Source: an uncultured Nitrospiraceae bacterium (GTDB taxonomy: Bacteria > Nitrospirota > Thermodesulfovibrionia > Thermodesulfovibrionales > UBA9159). Taken from it: a DNA stretch of 64,000 nt. Every line of letters starts with the position of its first letter. Positions within the stretch are counted from its first letter, which is position 1. Location of the stretch: positions 15,849-79,848 of the forward strand of contig CAYYWY010000007.1 in assembly GCA_964475485.1 (NCBI GenBank), written 5' to 3'. The translations under genes were made by a program, and so were the position numbers. This document shows, piece after piece, positions 1 to 8,617 of this stretch. Under the pieces are notes generated by a model. That model was given only the letters and a program-made list of their open reading frames with translations, made no database searches and had not been told where the DNA came from.

Positions 1-2
1 CA

Positions 3-479
3 ATGCCCGACCTTAATGGTATAGAGGCCACGCGGCAGATCGTCGCCGAATGCCCGGATGTAAAAGTCATAGCGGTCTCCATGCACTCTGACAAACGTTT
101 CGTGTCTGAGATGCTGAAGGCGGGCGCATCCGCCTATCTTTCGAAGGATTGCGCCTTCGACGAACTCGAAAACGCCATACGTACCGTGGTTACAGAGAAG
201 GTGTATCTCAGCCCGGATATTTCCGGTGTTGTTGTCGAAAATTATGTGCGCCGGTCGCCGAAGCCCGAATCTTCCGCTTTCTCCCTCCTGTCCGACAGGG
301 AAAGAGAGGTTTTGCAGCTTCTGGCGGAAGGAAAAACCGCAAAGGAGATCGCCGACCAGCTGCACGTAAGCATAAAGACAGTAGAGACGCACCGAACGAA
401 TATCATGGCGAAACTGAATATCCACAGGATCGCCGAGCTGACCAAATACGCCATCAGGGAAGGTCTGACGCCCCTATAA
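3..479 (+). CDS. LuxR/NarL-family response regulator, 5' end cut by the window edge (receiver tail plus LuxR HTH)
   Basis: The ORF is open to the window start. Receiver tail 'VIAVSMHSD..LKAGASAYLSKD'. LuxR HTH 'LSDREREVLQLLAEGKTAKEIADQLHVSIKTVETHRTNIMAKL'. Confidence 0.85.
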   Translation: MPDLNGIEATRQIVAECPDVKVIAVSMHSDKRFVSEMLKAGASAYLSKDCAFDELENAIRTVVTEKVYLSPDISGVVVENYVRRSPKPESSAFSLLSDREREVLQLLAEGKTAKEIADQLHVSIKTVETHRTNIMAKLNIHRIAELTKYAIREGLTPL

Positions 480-805
480 GATCGCTGAGAGGCTCTTATT
501 GCCTTCGTTGCGAAGAAGCCGTAATTCGTAACCGCCACGCGTAACTCGCCGCGAGTTCACAATTCCGGGTACGCGGCACATCCCTGAAAATAATACTCAC
601 AACACTCTTCCCCTGTTTCCATCCTTTTCACGGGTGGCATAGGGTCTTTTCCGTATCAAAATCAGGGGAAAACCCGATTGTTTTTCTTTCCTCCGAAGCC
701 GGATAATGAGATATGGACGGCAATTGTCGTGCAGACGGTCGCAAACAGTAATGAAGGAGCGGGGACGGCAATCCCGACACAAACAGCAGTAATGAAAGGA
801 GAAAT

Positions 806-1858
806 ATGTCAGGGGATAATTTGACACCAAGAGAGAGGGTGCTTAGATTTCTGAAGGGAGAAGATGTCGTCCGCCCGCCGATTTTCAGCGGGATGGGCAA
901 TGTGATAAAGCCCGTGCTTGACAAGTACGGGATAGTTTTCTCGAAGGTCCACAGGGATGCCGAATTGATGGCGAAGGCAGCGGGAGGAATGTACAGGGAG
1001 TTCGGTTACGAATGTGCGGTCGTGCCTTTCGACCTTGGGGTGGAGGCAGAGGCGCTTGGCGCGAAAATGAACTTCTATGACGATGTGGAAGGGCTCCTTT
1101 ATCCGACGATCAAGGAAAAATCGGTGAAGGAAGTCGATGACATCCGCATCCCCGAAGACCTGGAGCATGCAGGAAGGATACCGGTTGTCACAGGCGCGAT
1201 AAGAGCCCTTCGCAGAGAGCTCGGCGACGAGGTGGCCATCGGCACCTATGTCCTCGGGCCGTTCACGCTCGCTGGACAGGTGAAGGAGCTCGACGAACTC
1301 TTCGAGGAATCCTTCCTCGATCCCGACAAGACCAACAAGCTCCTCGAAAGGCTCTCGGATTTCATCGTGAGGGTATTCCGGATTTATGAAAAAGCAGGAG
1401 CGGATTATTTCACCCTCAGGGAAATGGGCGGTACATCGGACGTCATGAGTCCCAAAAGCTTTAGAAGCCTCATAAAGCCACACCTGGTAAGGATCATTGA
1501 GGAGATGCCGCGACCGAACATACTTCATATCTGCGGCGATACCAATTCCATAGTGAAAGACATGGCAGAGTGCGGGGCCGATGCCATAAGCGTGGATCAG
1601 AAGAACTGCATGGCCGAGACCAGGGAAAAACTCGGATCCGAAATCATTATTCTCGGCAACTTCGACCCCATAAAGGTTCTCCACAAGGGCGAGGCAGGCA
1701 ACGTGGGGCCTGCGGTACTTGAATCCCTCAGGGGCGGGGCGAGTGCAGTATGGCCGGGCTGCGATCTCTGGCCCGAGGTACCGAGGGAAAACATGGAGGC
1801 GCTGATGACAACCCTTAAGGCTGCTAAAAAGATGACCGCGCAGAAGGTCTTACGATGA
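806..1858 (+). CDS. URO-D family corrinoid methyltransferase (MtaA/MtbA-like), paralogue 1
   Basis: 350 aa with SD 'aaaggag' upstream of the ATG. Family pattern 'TPRERVLRFLKGEDVVRPP', 'VPFDLGVEAEALGA'. Zn-ligand-type motif 'LHICGDT' ... 'VWPGCDLWP'. Confidence 0.85.
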   Translation: MSGDNLTPRERVLRFLKGEDVVRPPIFSGMGNVIKPVLDKYGIVFSKVHRDAELMAKAAGGMYREFGYECAVVPFDLGVEAEALGAKMNFYDDVEGLLYPTIKEKSVKEVDDIRIPEDLEHAGRIPVVTGAIRALRRELGDEVAIGTYVLGPFTLAGQVKELDELFEESFLDPDKTNKLLERLSDFIVRVFRIYEKAGADYFTLREMGGTSDVMSPKSFRSLIKPHLVRIIEEMPRPNILHICGDTNSIVKDMAECGADAISVDQKNCMAETREKLGSEIIILGNFDPIKVLHKGEAGNVGPAVLESLRGGASAVWPGCDLWPEVPRENMEALMTTLKAAKKMTAQKVLR

Positions 1859-2472
1859 GGATTTTTCAGGTCGCAGGGTGGCTCGGCTCTGGGAAGACGA
1901 CGCTGATCATCGCCCTGAGCAGGGCTCTTGCTGAGAGGAATTGCAGGGTTGCAATACTGGTGAACGAGATAGGCGCAATCCCTGTGGACGGAAAAGTGAT
2001 TCAGGAATACGGTCTCACCGTCAAGGATATAGGAGGAGGATGCATCTGCTGCCAGGTGGCAGGCAACCTGATGAAGACGTTGCGACTCCTGTCACAGGGG
2101 GCCAAACCTGAGATAGTTATAATAGAGCCTACCGGCATAGCAGTTCCCAGCTCGATCAAGCAGACGATCCTTTCAGGAGCACAGCTTCCGGAAATATCGA
2201 TAGGTCCCACAATTGTCCTCTTCGACACCACAAGGGAGGAAAAACTCCTGAATTACGAATCGCTGAAGAGGCTGGTTGAGACGCAGTTGAGGGACGCCGA
2301 CATCATAGCCCTCAGCAAGGTGGATATGGTTTCTGAGGAGGTGATCTCCCGGGCCCGAGCAGCAGTACGCCGTATCAATCCCGCTGCCACGGTAATACTT
2401 CTTTCAACAACGAGGGGTGACGGGCTTGAAGTCCTCGTTCGGGCCACGCAGGAGATCCCGGCGAAGGTATGA
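1855..2472 (+). CDS. G3E-family P-loop GTPase (CobW/HypB/UreG-like), GTPase domain only
   Basis: Walker A 'GWLGSGKTT' and metal motif 'GGGCICCQ'. Start overlaps the previous stop (ATGA at 1855). Only 205 aa, so it lacks the C-terminal domain seen in the paralogue at 33002. Confidence 0.8.
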   Translation: MRIFQVAGWLGSGKTTLIIALSRALAERNCRVAILVNEIGAIPVDGKVIQEYGLTVKDIGGGCICCQVAGNLMKTLRLLSQGAKPEIVIIEPTGIAVPSSIKQTILSGAQLPEISIGPTIVLFDTTREEKLLNYESLKRLVETQLRDADIIALSKVDMVSEEVISRARAAVRRINPAATVILLSTTRGDGLEVLVRATQEIPAKV

Positions 2473-2924
2473 GCAAGCGCCTCAGACTGATAACCCCAAG
2501 CCCGCTGCATGAGGATATCAAAGCCTACTCGGTGAGTTTCGAACTGTCGAGGGACAAGGAAGTGGATAGTTGGGAACTGCGGGAATTTGCGGCCGAGCTG
2601 ATGAGGTCCGTCTCAGGTGCATGCATAACCAGGGGAGCAAAGGTGATAGGGCACATCAAGGCATATATCGAACATGGTTCTGGATTCCTCCATGCAAATA
2701 CCGTTGGTAAATCCGGCGATGTGACGGTCGACGGCAGGGACGGAGACCCGGTGGGGAGGTTCACCCTTGTGGTGAACTCCATTGTTTATGCGCTTACTGA
2801 GACCTTAGTAAGAGACGCGACTGTAATGGCAATTGAGGAGACGTCTTCGGCGTTCGGATTAAAGACGGCAATGATAAGTGAGGCGGCTACGGCCGATTTC
2901 ATAGAGAAAGGAGAAAAAGAATGA
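2469..2924 (+). CDS. Hypothetical 151-aa protein, possibly a detached CobW C-terminal-like domain
   Basis: ATGA start/stop overlaps on both sides (2469 and 2921) argue for a real, translationally coupled CDS. '[26 protein letters not shown]' loosely resembles the CobW_C pattern; this is inference only. Confidence 0.55.
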   Translation: MSKRLRLITPSPLHEDIKAYSVSFELSRDKEVDSWELREFAAELMRSVSGACITRGAKVIGHIKAYIEHGSGFLHANTVGKSGDVTVDGRDGDPVGRFTLVVNSIVYALTETLVRDATVMAIEETSSAFGLKTAMISEAATADFIEKGEKE

Positions 2925-3751
2925 GAGAGTCTGTGCATCAGATGCCGCTCGAGATAAGCATGCAGGATTACAGAATAGAGAAGGAGCCCTTTTATCTTCC
3001 AATACAGGACGAGGTGAAGCTTTTCGAAATAGCTTATGAAAGCAAGCTTCCTCTTATGCTGAAAGGCCCCACCGGATGCGGGAAAACCAGATTCCTTTCA
3101 TATATGGCTTACAAGCTGGATCTCCCGCTCATCACTGTAGCCTGTCACGAAGACCTTACGGCGAGCGACCTGATAGGCCGTTATCTTCTTGACGGCTCCA
3201 CAACCCGCTGGCAGGATGGTCCAGTGACCCTTGCTGTCAGGTACGGAGGGATTTGTTATCTCGACGAGATAGTTGAGGCTAGGAAGGACACAACGGTTGT
3301 CATCCATCCCCTCACCGATGACAGGCGTGTCCTCCCTATTGAAAAGCGGGGTCAGATTATCGAGGCGACTGACAGTTTTATGCTCGCTATCTCCTATAAC
3401 CCCGGTTATCAGACTGTCCTGAAGGATCTAAAGCAGAGCACCAAGCAGCGGTTTGTTTCTATTGGTTTCGATTACCCTCCGGCACAACTTGAAGAGGAAA
3501 TAGTGATTCACGAAAGCAGCGTTGGCCGGAGCGAAGCGGCGACCCTGAGGAAGATTGCCGAGAAGTTCCGCGCAATGAAGGGCAGGGGTCTCGATGAAGG
3601 GGTGAGCACGAGACTCCTGATCTATGCAGGGACGCTCATCCAGAAGGGCGTCGATCCGCGTCGTGCATGCACGGTTGCGCTTATACGGCCGATAACTGAT
3701 GACCCTGAAATCCAGAAGACGCTGGAAGAGATCGTGTCGGCTGTGGTTTAA
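2921..3751 (+). CDS. MoxR-class AAA+ ATPase, CbbQ/NirQ/NorQ/GvpN family
   Basis: Family-typical strings along the whole length: '[14 protein letters not shown]' (Walker A), '[26 protein letters not shown]' (Walker B region), '[20 protein letters not shown]', '[15 protein letters not shown]'. Confidence 0.9.
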   Translation: MRESVHQMPLEISMQDYRIEKEPFYLPIQDEVKLFEIAYESKLPLMLKGPTGCGKTRFLSYMAYKLDLPLITVACHEDLTASDLIGRYLLDGSTTRWQDGPVTLAVRYGGICYLDEIVEARKDTTVVIHPLTDDRRVLPIEKRGQIIEATDSFMLAISYNPGYQTVLKDLKQSTKQRFVSIGFDYPPAQLEEEIVIHESSVGRSEAATLRKIAEKFRAMKGRGLDEGVSTRLLIYAGTLIQKGVDPRRACTVALIRPITDDPEIQKTLEEIVSAVV

Positions 3752-3770
3752 GGAAGGGAAAGAAGATAGG

Positions 3771-6464
3771 ATGCCGGGAAATGTAGTTCACTCTGAAATG
3801 GAAAGGACACTAATCGGGAAGCTCGGGAATGCCGAACTCGTGGAGGAGGCGCTCGGCAAGGTTGGCACCATACTGGATGAAGAAGGCATGCGGTCCTATC
3901 TTTTGCTCATCGATTCCTTTACTTCGCTGGATCCGTCATTCTCGGGTTTCCTGCTCAGTTCCGGCCACAGGATATTGTCAGCCCTCAGATCTCCCAGTGT
4001 CCGGGGGAAAGCACTTGAGTCCCTTCTTGGAATGGGCAGATCAAAATGGAGTGTCGTGGAGCACGCGTACAGGACTCTTCCCCATGTCTCTGAAATGCTG
4101 CCGGAGGTCATTGAAGAATGGCTGAGATGCGGAAGCTCGCTCGCCGATATAGATCAGGATGTGGCGATACAGTACTTCGAATCAAGCCCGGCAGTGTTTG
4201 AAGAGCTGGGTTCTGAGAAGCTTCGGCACTGGGCCTCCCTCGGGCTTGAGATAGTCGGTATGTCGTGGAAGGCAGCGAAGGAATACTTCAGATCGAGTCC
4301 CGAGGTCCTGAAGAGGATAGACAGCTGTGACCTTGAGCGCTGGGCTCGCATCGGAATGTATCTGATCGAGAAAAGTCCTCGTATCAAAGTGGAATATAGT
4401 GTGCACAGCATGCTCGCGCAGGGAATTCAGGCAGGCAAGGCAAAGATGATGAACCTCGCTGTTCAGTATTTCAAGTCGGCCCCTCAGATACTGGGGAGGC
4501 TTTCGATACAGGACATCGAAAACTGGGTCGAAAAGGGCCTTGAAGTTACCGACGCAAAGAAAGAAAAAGGAGAGGCATACTTCTCTCTACAGACCGAGAA
4601 GAGCAGGAAGGAGATGGAGACCCTCGTCAAGGGCCTTGAGCTAAAGAATGTCCTTATCGTGCTCAACTCTTACGCTGCTGCACTTTTCGGGAAAAAGGTA
4701 AGGATACGGTCGTCTTCGATCTTTTATAAGAACCTTCCCGGGTTGAGCAGGTTCTTTTCCGTCACCGACGGAACGAGGGTGTTTCTGCCGTCGCGGATCG
4801 AGACGTTTGAAGACGAGGAACTCAATTTTAAGACATATAAATGGGCGCTTACGCATGAAATCGGTCACATGCTCTTCGGGACATTTATGGTGAGTCCCGC
4901 AGACCTTCTGAGACTTGCAGAGTTTCAGGACCCTCTTCCGGCTTTCAAAATCTTCGAATTCCTCGAAGATGAGAGGGTCGATTATCTTATGGGACTTGAA
5001 TATCCCGGACTTGAAAAGGACAGACGGGTGATCATGGATGCCTATATTTCAAAACTGCCGCAGAAGGGGGAGGTCATAAGGTCGGTGTTCGAATCCCTCA
5101 GCTTCAGGGTGGCCAGGAATGCGGATGAGCCTGTTGTTAGGGACTGCAGGTTGATGCATCTGCTGAAGGAAGCCCTTCCGAAAGTGATGACTCCTGACTG
5201 TACAGCCCGTGAAGTACTTGACCTGACTGTCCGGATGTACGAATCCCTGAACGGAGACTCGTCCTGTGAGGTATGCGGAAAACGGGAGGCCTGGGACAGA
5301 GTCTTTTACAGAGGAGTGCTCGATTTCAGGCTTGTCGGGGAGACGCGCAAAGGTGTGTCGAAACTCGTTCTGAGCATGGTCGAACGGTTCAGCGAAAAGA
5401 ATATCGATGTGAAGCCCGAGCAGATCGAGGAAGCGCTCGACAGGATAGACGATGCAGAGGGTCCGGAATCGGAGGTCCTGCTATGGCAGATAACGGATCA
5501 GGAGAACCTTGACGAGCTCTTCGAAAAAGTGAAGACCGCCGTGGAGGAACTCGATGAGGAGAGGCGCTTCAGGAGGACTGTCTATTACGATGAGTGGGAT
5601 ATGAAGCTCGAGGACTACAAGAAGGACTGGTGTAGGGTGAGAGAGACGCAGATGCCCTCCACATCCATGCTTTTCTACGAGCAGACAATCAGGAAGTATT
5701 ACGGCATGGTGAGCCTCCTGAGGAGGCACTTCGGTTTGCTGCGCCCCGACCGGTTCAAGCGTTATTTCCGGGAGGAGCGCGGTGACGATCTCGACCTTGA
5801 CGCAGTCATCGAATCGGTCGTCGACCGTCACGCCGGTATGACCCCGTCCGACAGGGTCTACTTACGTCGGGACAAGAAACTGCGGGATGTCTCGGTGGCA
5901 TTTCTCATTGATATGAGCTATTCAACGGGTGAAGTGCTTCCCTCCGGGAAGAGAATTATCGATGTGGAGCGGGAGGGACTCGTCCTGATGGCTGAGGCGC
6001 TCGAAAGCATCGGCGACCGCTGGGCCGTGTTCGGATTTTCGACTGAACGGAGGGACAAGGCCGACTTCTTTGTGGTGCGGGACTTTGACGAACCCTTCAC
6101 AGATGCAGTGAAGATGCGTTTCGAGGGTATAAGACCGATCGCTCTTACCAGGCTGGGAGCTGCCATACGACATGCAAACAGCTTTCTTGAAAAGCAGGAT
6201 TCGCTTATACGGCTCCTGATCCTCCTCTCGGACGGAAGGCCTTATGACATTGATTACGGGGACGTCGACTACTCTGTTGAAGACACCCGTGTAGCCCTTT
6301 GGGAGGGCAGGAACAAAGGGATAAAGTCTTTCTGCATCACGGTGGACAAAAAGAGCAGGGACTACCTGCCCTATATGTATGGGGAGGCGAACTACACGAT
6401 CATCGACAACATCGAGGCGCTGCCTATAAGTCTCCCTTTGATATACAAGAAACTTACGATGTAA
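3771..6464 (+). CDS. Large VWA-domain protein, CbbO/NorD-like partner of the AAA+ ATPase, with an internal HExxH motif
   Basis: I prefer the ATG at 3771, preceded by 'aaggaagggaaagaag', over the ORF-track start at 3699, which overlaps the previous gene. C-terminal VWA domain with MIDAS 'DMSYS' (5910-5924) and 'LLSDGRP'. 'HEIGH' at 4854-4868. Three ~40-aa N-terminal repeats. Confidence 0.8.
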   Translation: MPGNVVHSEMERTLIGKLGNAELVEEALGKVGTILDEEGMRSYLLLIDSFTSLDPSFSGFLLSSGHRILSALRSPSVRGKALESLLGMGRSKWSVVEHAYRTLPHVSEMLPEVIEEWLRCGSSLADIDQDVAIQYFESSPAVFEELGSEKLRHWASLGLEIVGMSWKAAKEYFRSSPEVLKRIDSCDLERWARIGMYLIEKSPRIKVEYSVHSMLAQGIQAGKAKMMNLAVQYFKSAPQILGRLSIQDIENWVEKGLEVTDAKKEKGEAYFSLQTEKSRKEMETLVKGLELKNVLIVLNSYAAALFGKKVRIRSSSIFYKNLPGLSRFFSVTDGTRVFLPSRIETFEDEELNFKTYKWALTHEIGHMLFGTFMVSPADLLRLAEFQDPLPAFKIFEFLEDERVDYLMGLEYPGLEKDRRVIMDAYISKLPQKGEVIRSVFESLSFRVARNADEPVVRDCRLMHLLKEALPKVMTPDCTAREVLDLTVRMYESLNGDSSCEVCGKREAWDRVFYRGVLDFRLVGETRKGVSKLVLSMVERFSEKNIDVKPEQIEEALDRIDDAEGPESEVLLWQITDQENLDELFEKVKTAVEELDEERRFRRTVYYDEWDMKLEDYKKDWCRVRETQMPSTSMLFYEQTIRKYYGMVSLLRRHFGLLRPDRFKRYFREERGDDLDLDAVIESVVDRHAGMTPSDRVYLRRDKKLRDVSVAFLIDMSYSTGEVLPSGKRIIDVEREGLVLMAEALESIGDRWAVFGFSTERRDKADFFVVRDFDEPFTDAVKMRFEGIRPIALTRLGAAIRHANSFLEKQDSLIRLLILLSDGRPYDIDYGDVDYSVEDTRVALWEGRNKGIKSFCITVDKKSRDYLPYMYGEANYTIIDNIEALPISLPLIYKKLTM

Positions 6465-6479
6465 GGAAAGGAGTGCAGG

Positions 6480-6719
6480 ATGGAGACGTGTTACAAGTGT
6501 GGAAGAAGGGCGGATTTTATTTGCCCCGATTGCGGGAGCAAGATATGCCAGGCTCACATGGAATTGCGTTACACCGGACCCGACCGTGGCTTTAAGTCCC
6601 GGTATATGTGTCCGGTCTGCTGGAAGGTCAAGCGTAGGGTTCTCAACGAACAGATGATCAGGGCGAAGGACTTCAAGCCGAAACTCTACGTCTTTACGTC
6701 CAGGAAATTCGGCATATAG
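6480..6719 (+). CDS. Small zinc-ribbon protein (79 aa)
   Basis: Cys pairs 'CYKC', 'CPDC', 'CPVC'. Lies 16 nt after the VWA gene on the same strand. Confidence 0.55.
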   Translation: METCYKCGRRADFICPDCGSKICQAHMELRYTGPDRGFKSRYMCPVCWKVKRRVLNEQMIRAKDFKPKLYVFTSRKFGI

Positions 6720-6748
6720 TGCCGTGAGGACTGTGTAAGAAAGGCAAT

Positions 6749-7411
6749 TTGAAAGAGTCTGCCCTGGCAAAGAAGTTGAGTGAACTCGAGCAGTTCGCCC
6801 TCGAAAAAGGGGCGTATCGTGCAAAGGCCTTCCCGGCCAGACTGATCGTTATTGACGAACGGGTGAGGCTCAAATGTCAGATACCCCTCTGCCCTCACTT
6901 CGGCTGCACCCTCACCTGTCCGCCTAATGTCCCGACGGCGGAGGAATTCAGCAAGGCCTTGAAACGTTACAGGAAGGCCATTCTTATCCAGACCAGGAGC
7001 CCTCTGAGCGGGGAGATAGATACCTATGACAAGGAAGAAGTCATGAAGTATTTTGCAGCGCCAGACACAGCGTCCAGATCGAAAGGAGGTGAAAAGGCCG
7101 AGAAACTAAAGGATCTCGACAGCATGAAGATTGCGGCGATCAGATTGCATAAACTCGTAAACGATGTGGAAGGCAAGGCAATGACCCTCGGATTTCCTTA
7201 TGCACTCGGGCTTATCGGAGGCGAATGCATGCTATGCACCGAATGCGTGGGAGTTGATTCCGGACAAGCATGCCGTCGTCCTTATCAGGCAAGACCTTCG
7301 ATGGAAGGTGTAGGGATCGATGTAATCAGGACGAGCATCGGGGCCGGGCTTCCCTTCGATATGCCGCCAAAGAAAGAGATAATCTGGTCAGGACTGATCC
7401 TGATCGATTAG
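6749..7411 (+). CDS. DUF2284-like predicted metal-binding protein
   Basis: TTG start. Motifs 'CQIPLCPHFGCTLTCPP' and 'GGECMLCTEC', as in the Cys-rich family commonly found next to corrinoid methyltransferases. Confidence 0.65.
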   Translation: MKESALAKKLSELEQFALEKGAYRAKAFPARLIVIDERVRLKCQIPLCPHFGCTLTCPPNVPTAEEFSKALKRYRKAILIQTRSPLSGEIDTYDKEEVMKYFAAPDTASRSKGGEKAEKLKDLDSMKIAAIRLHKLVNDVEGKAMTLGFPYALGLIGGECMLCTECVGVDSGQACRRPYQARPSMEGVGIDVIRTSIGAGLPFDMPPKKEIIWSGLILID

Positions 7412-7488
7412 GTGAAGGTCATCGGTTCCTTTGGGGAACCGCACGGCGAATGGAATGAAGTTAAGAAGTATGAGATAGGAGGTAATCA

Positions 7489-8568
7489 ATGGCACAGGTT
7501 CTCACGAAAACTGAACAAATGACGAGTCTTGAGCGGGTCGGCACGACGTTTCAGCACAAGGAGCCGGATCGGGTACCCGCTGCACCTCTTGTATGTGGCG
7601 CTTCACACAGATTTTCGGGAATTACCTATGGAGAGTGGTCGCAGGGGACGAACGTGGACGCGATGATAAAGGGTCACCTGGATGCCCTGGACATGATCGG
7701 TCACGACGGAGTGGTGATGCTTATCGATCTCTCCGTCGAGGCCCATGCCTTCGGCTGCGAAATCATCTTTCCAGAGTTCGACACAGCCCATCCCAATTAC
7801 GACGATCCCTTTATCAAGGGGCCCGAGGATTACAAGAAAATCAAGAAGGTCAACCCGAGGAAGACCATGCGGATGAAGACCGTTATAGATCTGGCCTCGG
7901 GGCTTTCAAAGGAGATAGGCAAAACCCATGCTATCGTGGGATTTGTCTATGGATCCATAGGTGTGTTGAGTATGATGCGGGGGCCTGAAGCTTTCTTCAT
8001 GGACCTCATGGAGCATCCTGATGAGGTGATGGAGGCAATTCAGGTGGTGGACGACGTCCTTATCGAATACGCCCTTGCCCAGGTCGAAGCGGGCTGCCAT
8101 TCGGTTTGCTACGACAACCTATATGCGTCTCAGAGCATTCTGAGCAAGGAACTGTGGGAGAAGTTCGAGGGGATGTCTGTGAAGAAAGTATGTGACGCGG
8201 TCAGGAACGCAGGCGCTCTTGTGTCATTCCACAACTGTGGGAACGGCATATATTTCGACATGACAGAGAAATGGGGGAATCCGGTGGCGATCTCACACGC
8301 CTACGTAGCCGACGACGTTGACAGCTGGGAAGAACACAAGGAGAAATGGGGCAAGAAGATATCCACTATCGGTTGGGTGCCTCCGGGACCTGTGGCGATG
8401 CTCGGGACACCTGAAGAGATTGAAGAGGAGTGCAAGGCTGAGATAGAGATCTTCGGAAAGGACGGGGGCTTTGTGCTCGCCACGGGCTGCGAGTTCGGTC
8501 CGAATGCCCCCCTCCGGAACGCCAAGAGGATCGTGGAAGCAGCAAAGAAATACGGTGTCTACAAATAA
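7489..8568 (+). CDS. URO-D family corrinoid methyltransferase (MtaA/MtbA-like), paralogue 2
   Basis: 359 aa with SD 'taggagg'. 'LERVGTTFQHKEPDRVP', 'DLSVEAHAFGCEI'. Zn-type motif 'FHNCGNG' ... 'LATGCEFGP'. Confidence 0.85.
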   Translation: MAQVLTKTEQMTSLERVGTTFQHKEPDRVPAAPLVCGASHRFSGITYGEWSQGTNVDAMIKGHLDALDMIGHDGVVMLIDLSVEAHAFGCEIIFPEFDTAHPNYDDPFIKGPEDYKKIKKVNPRKTMRMKTVIDLASGLSKEIGKTHAIVGFVYGSIGVLSMMRGPEAFFMDLMEHPDEVMEAIQVVDDVLIEYALAQVEAGCHSVCYDNLYASQSILSKELWEKFEGMSVKKVCDAVRNAGALVSFHNCGNGIYFDMTEKWGNPVAISHAYVADDVDSWEEHKEKWGKKISTIGWVPPGPVAMLGTPEEIEEECKAEIEIFGKDGGFVLATGCEFGPNAPLRNAKRIVEAAKKYGVYK

Positions 8569-8617
8569 GGGGAAAGGGCAGACGCATCAACTCTAAAACA
8601 AAAGGAAGGAGAACGAA

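Noticed and set aside
3699-3770. Upstream start of the VWA ORF given in the ORF track.
   Set aside because: It would overlap the AAA+ gene by 53 nt and adds a basic, non-homologous peptide. The ATG at 3771 has a purine-rich SD.
5922-6824. 300-aa minus-strand ORF.
   Set aside because: It is antisense to the VWA domain, the Zn-ribbon gene and the DUF2284 start. It has no motifs and crosses three well-supported plus-strand genes.
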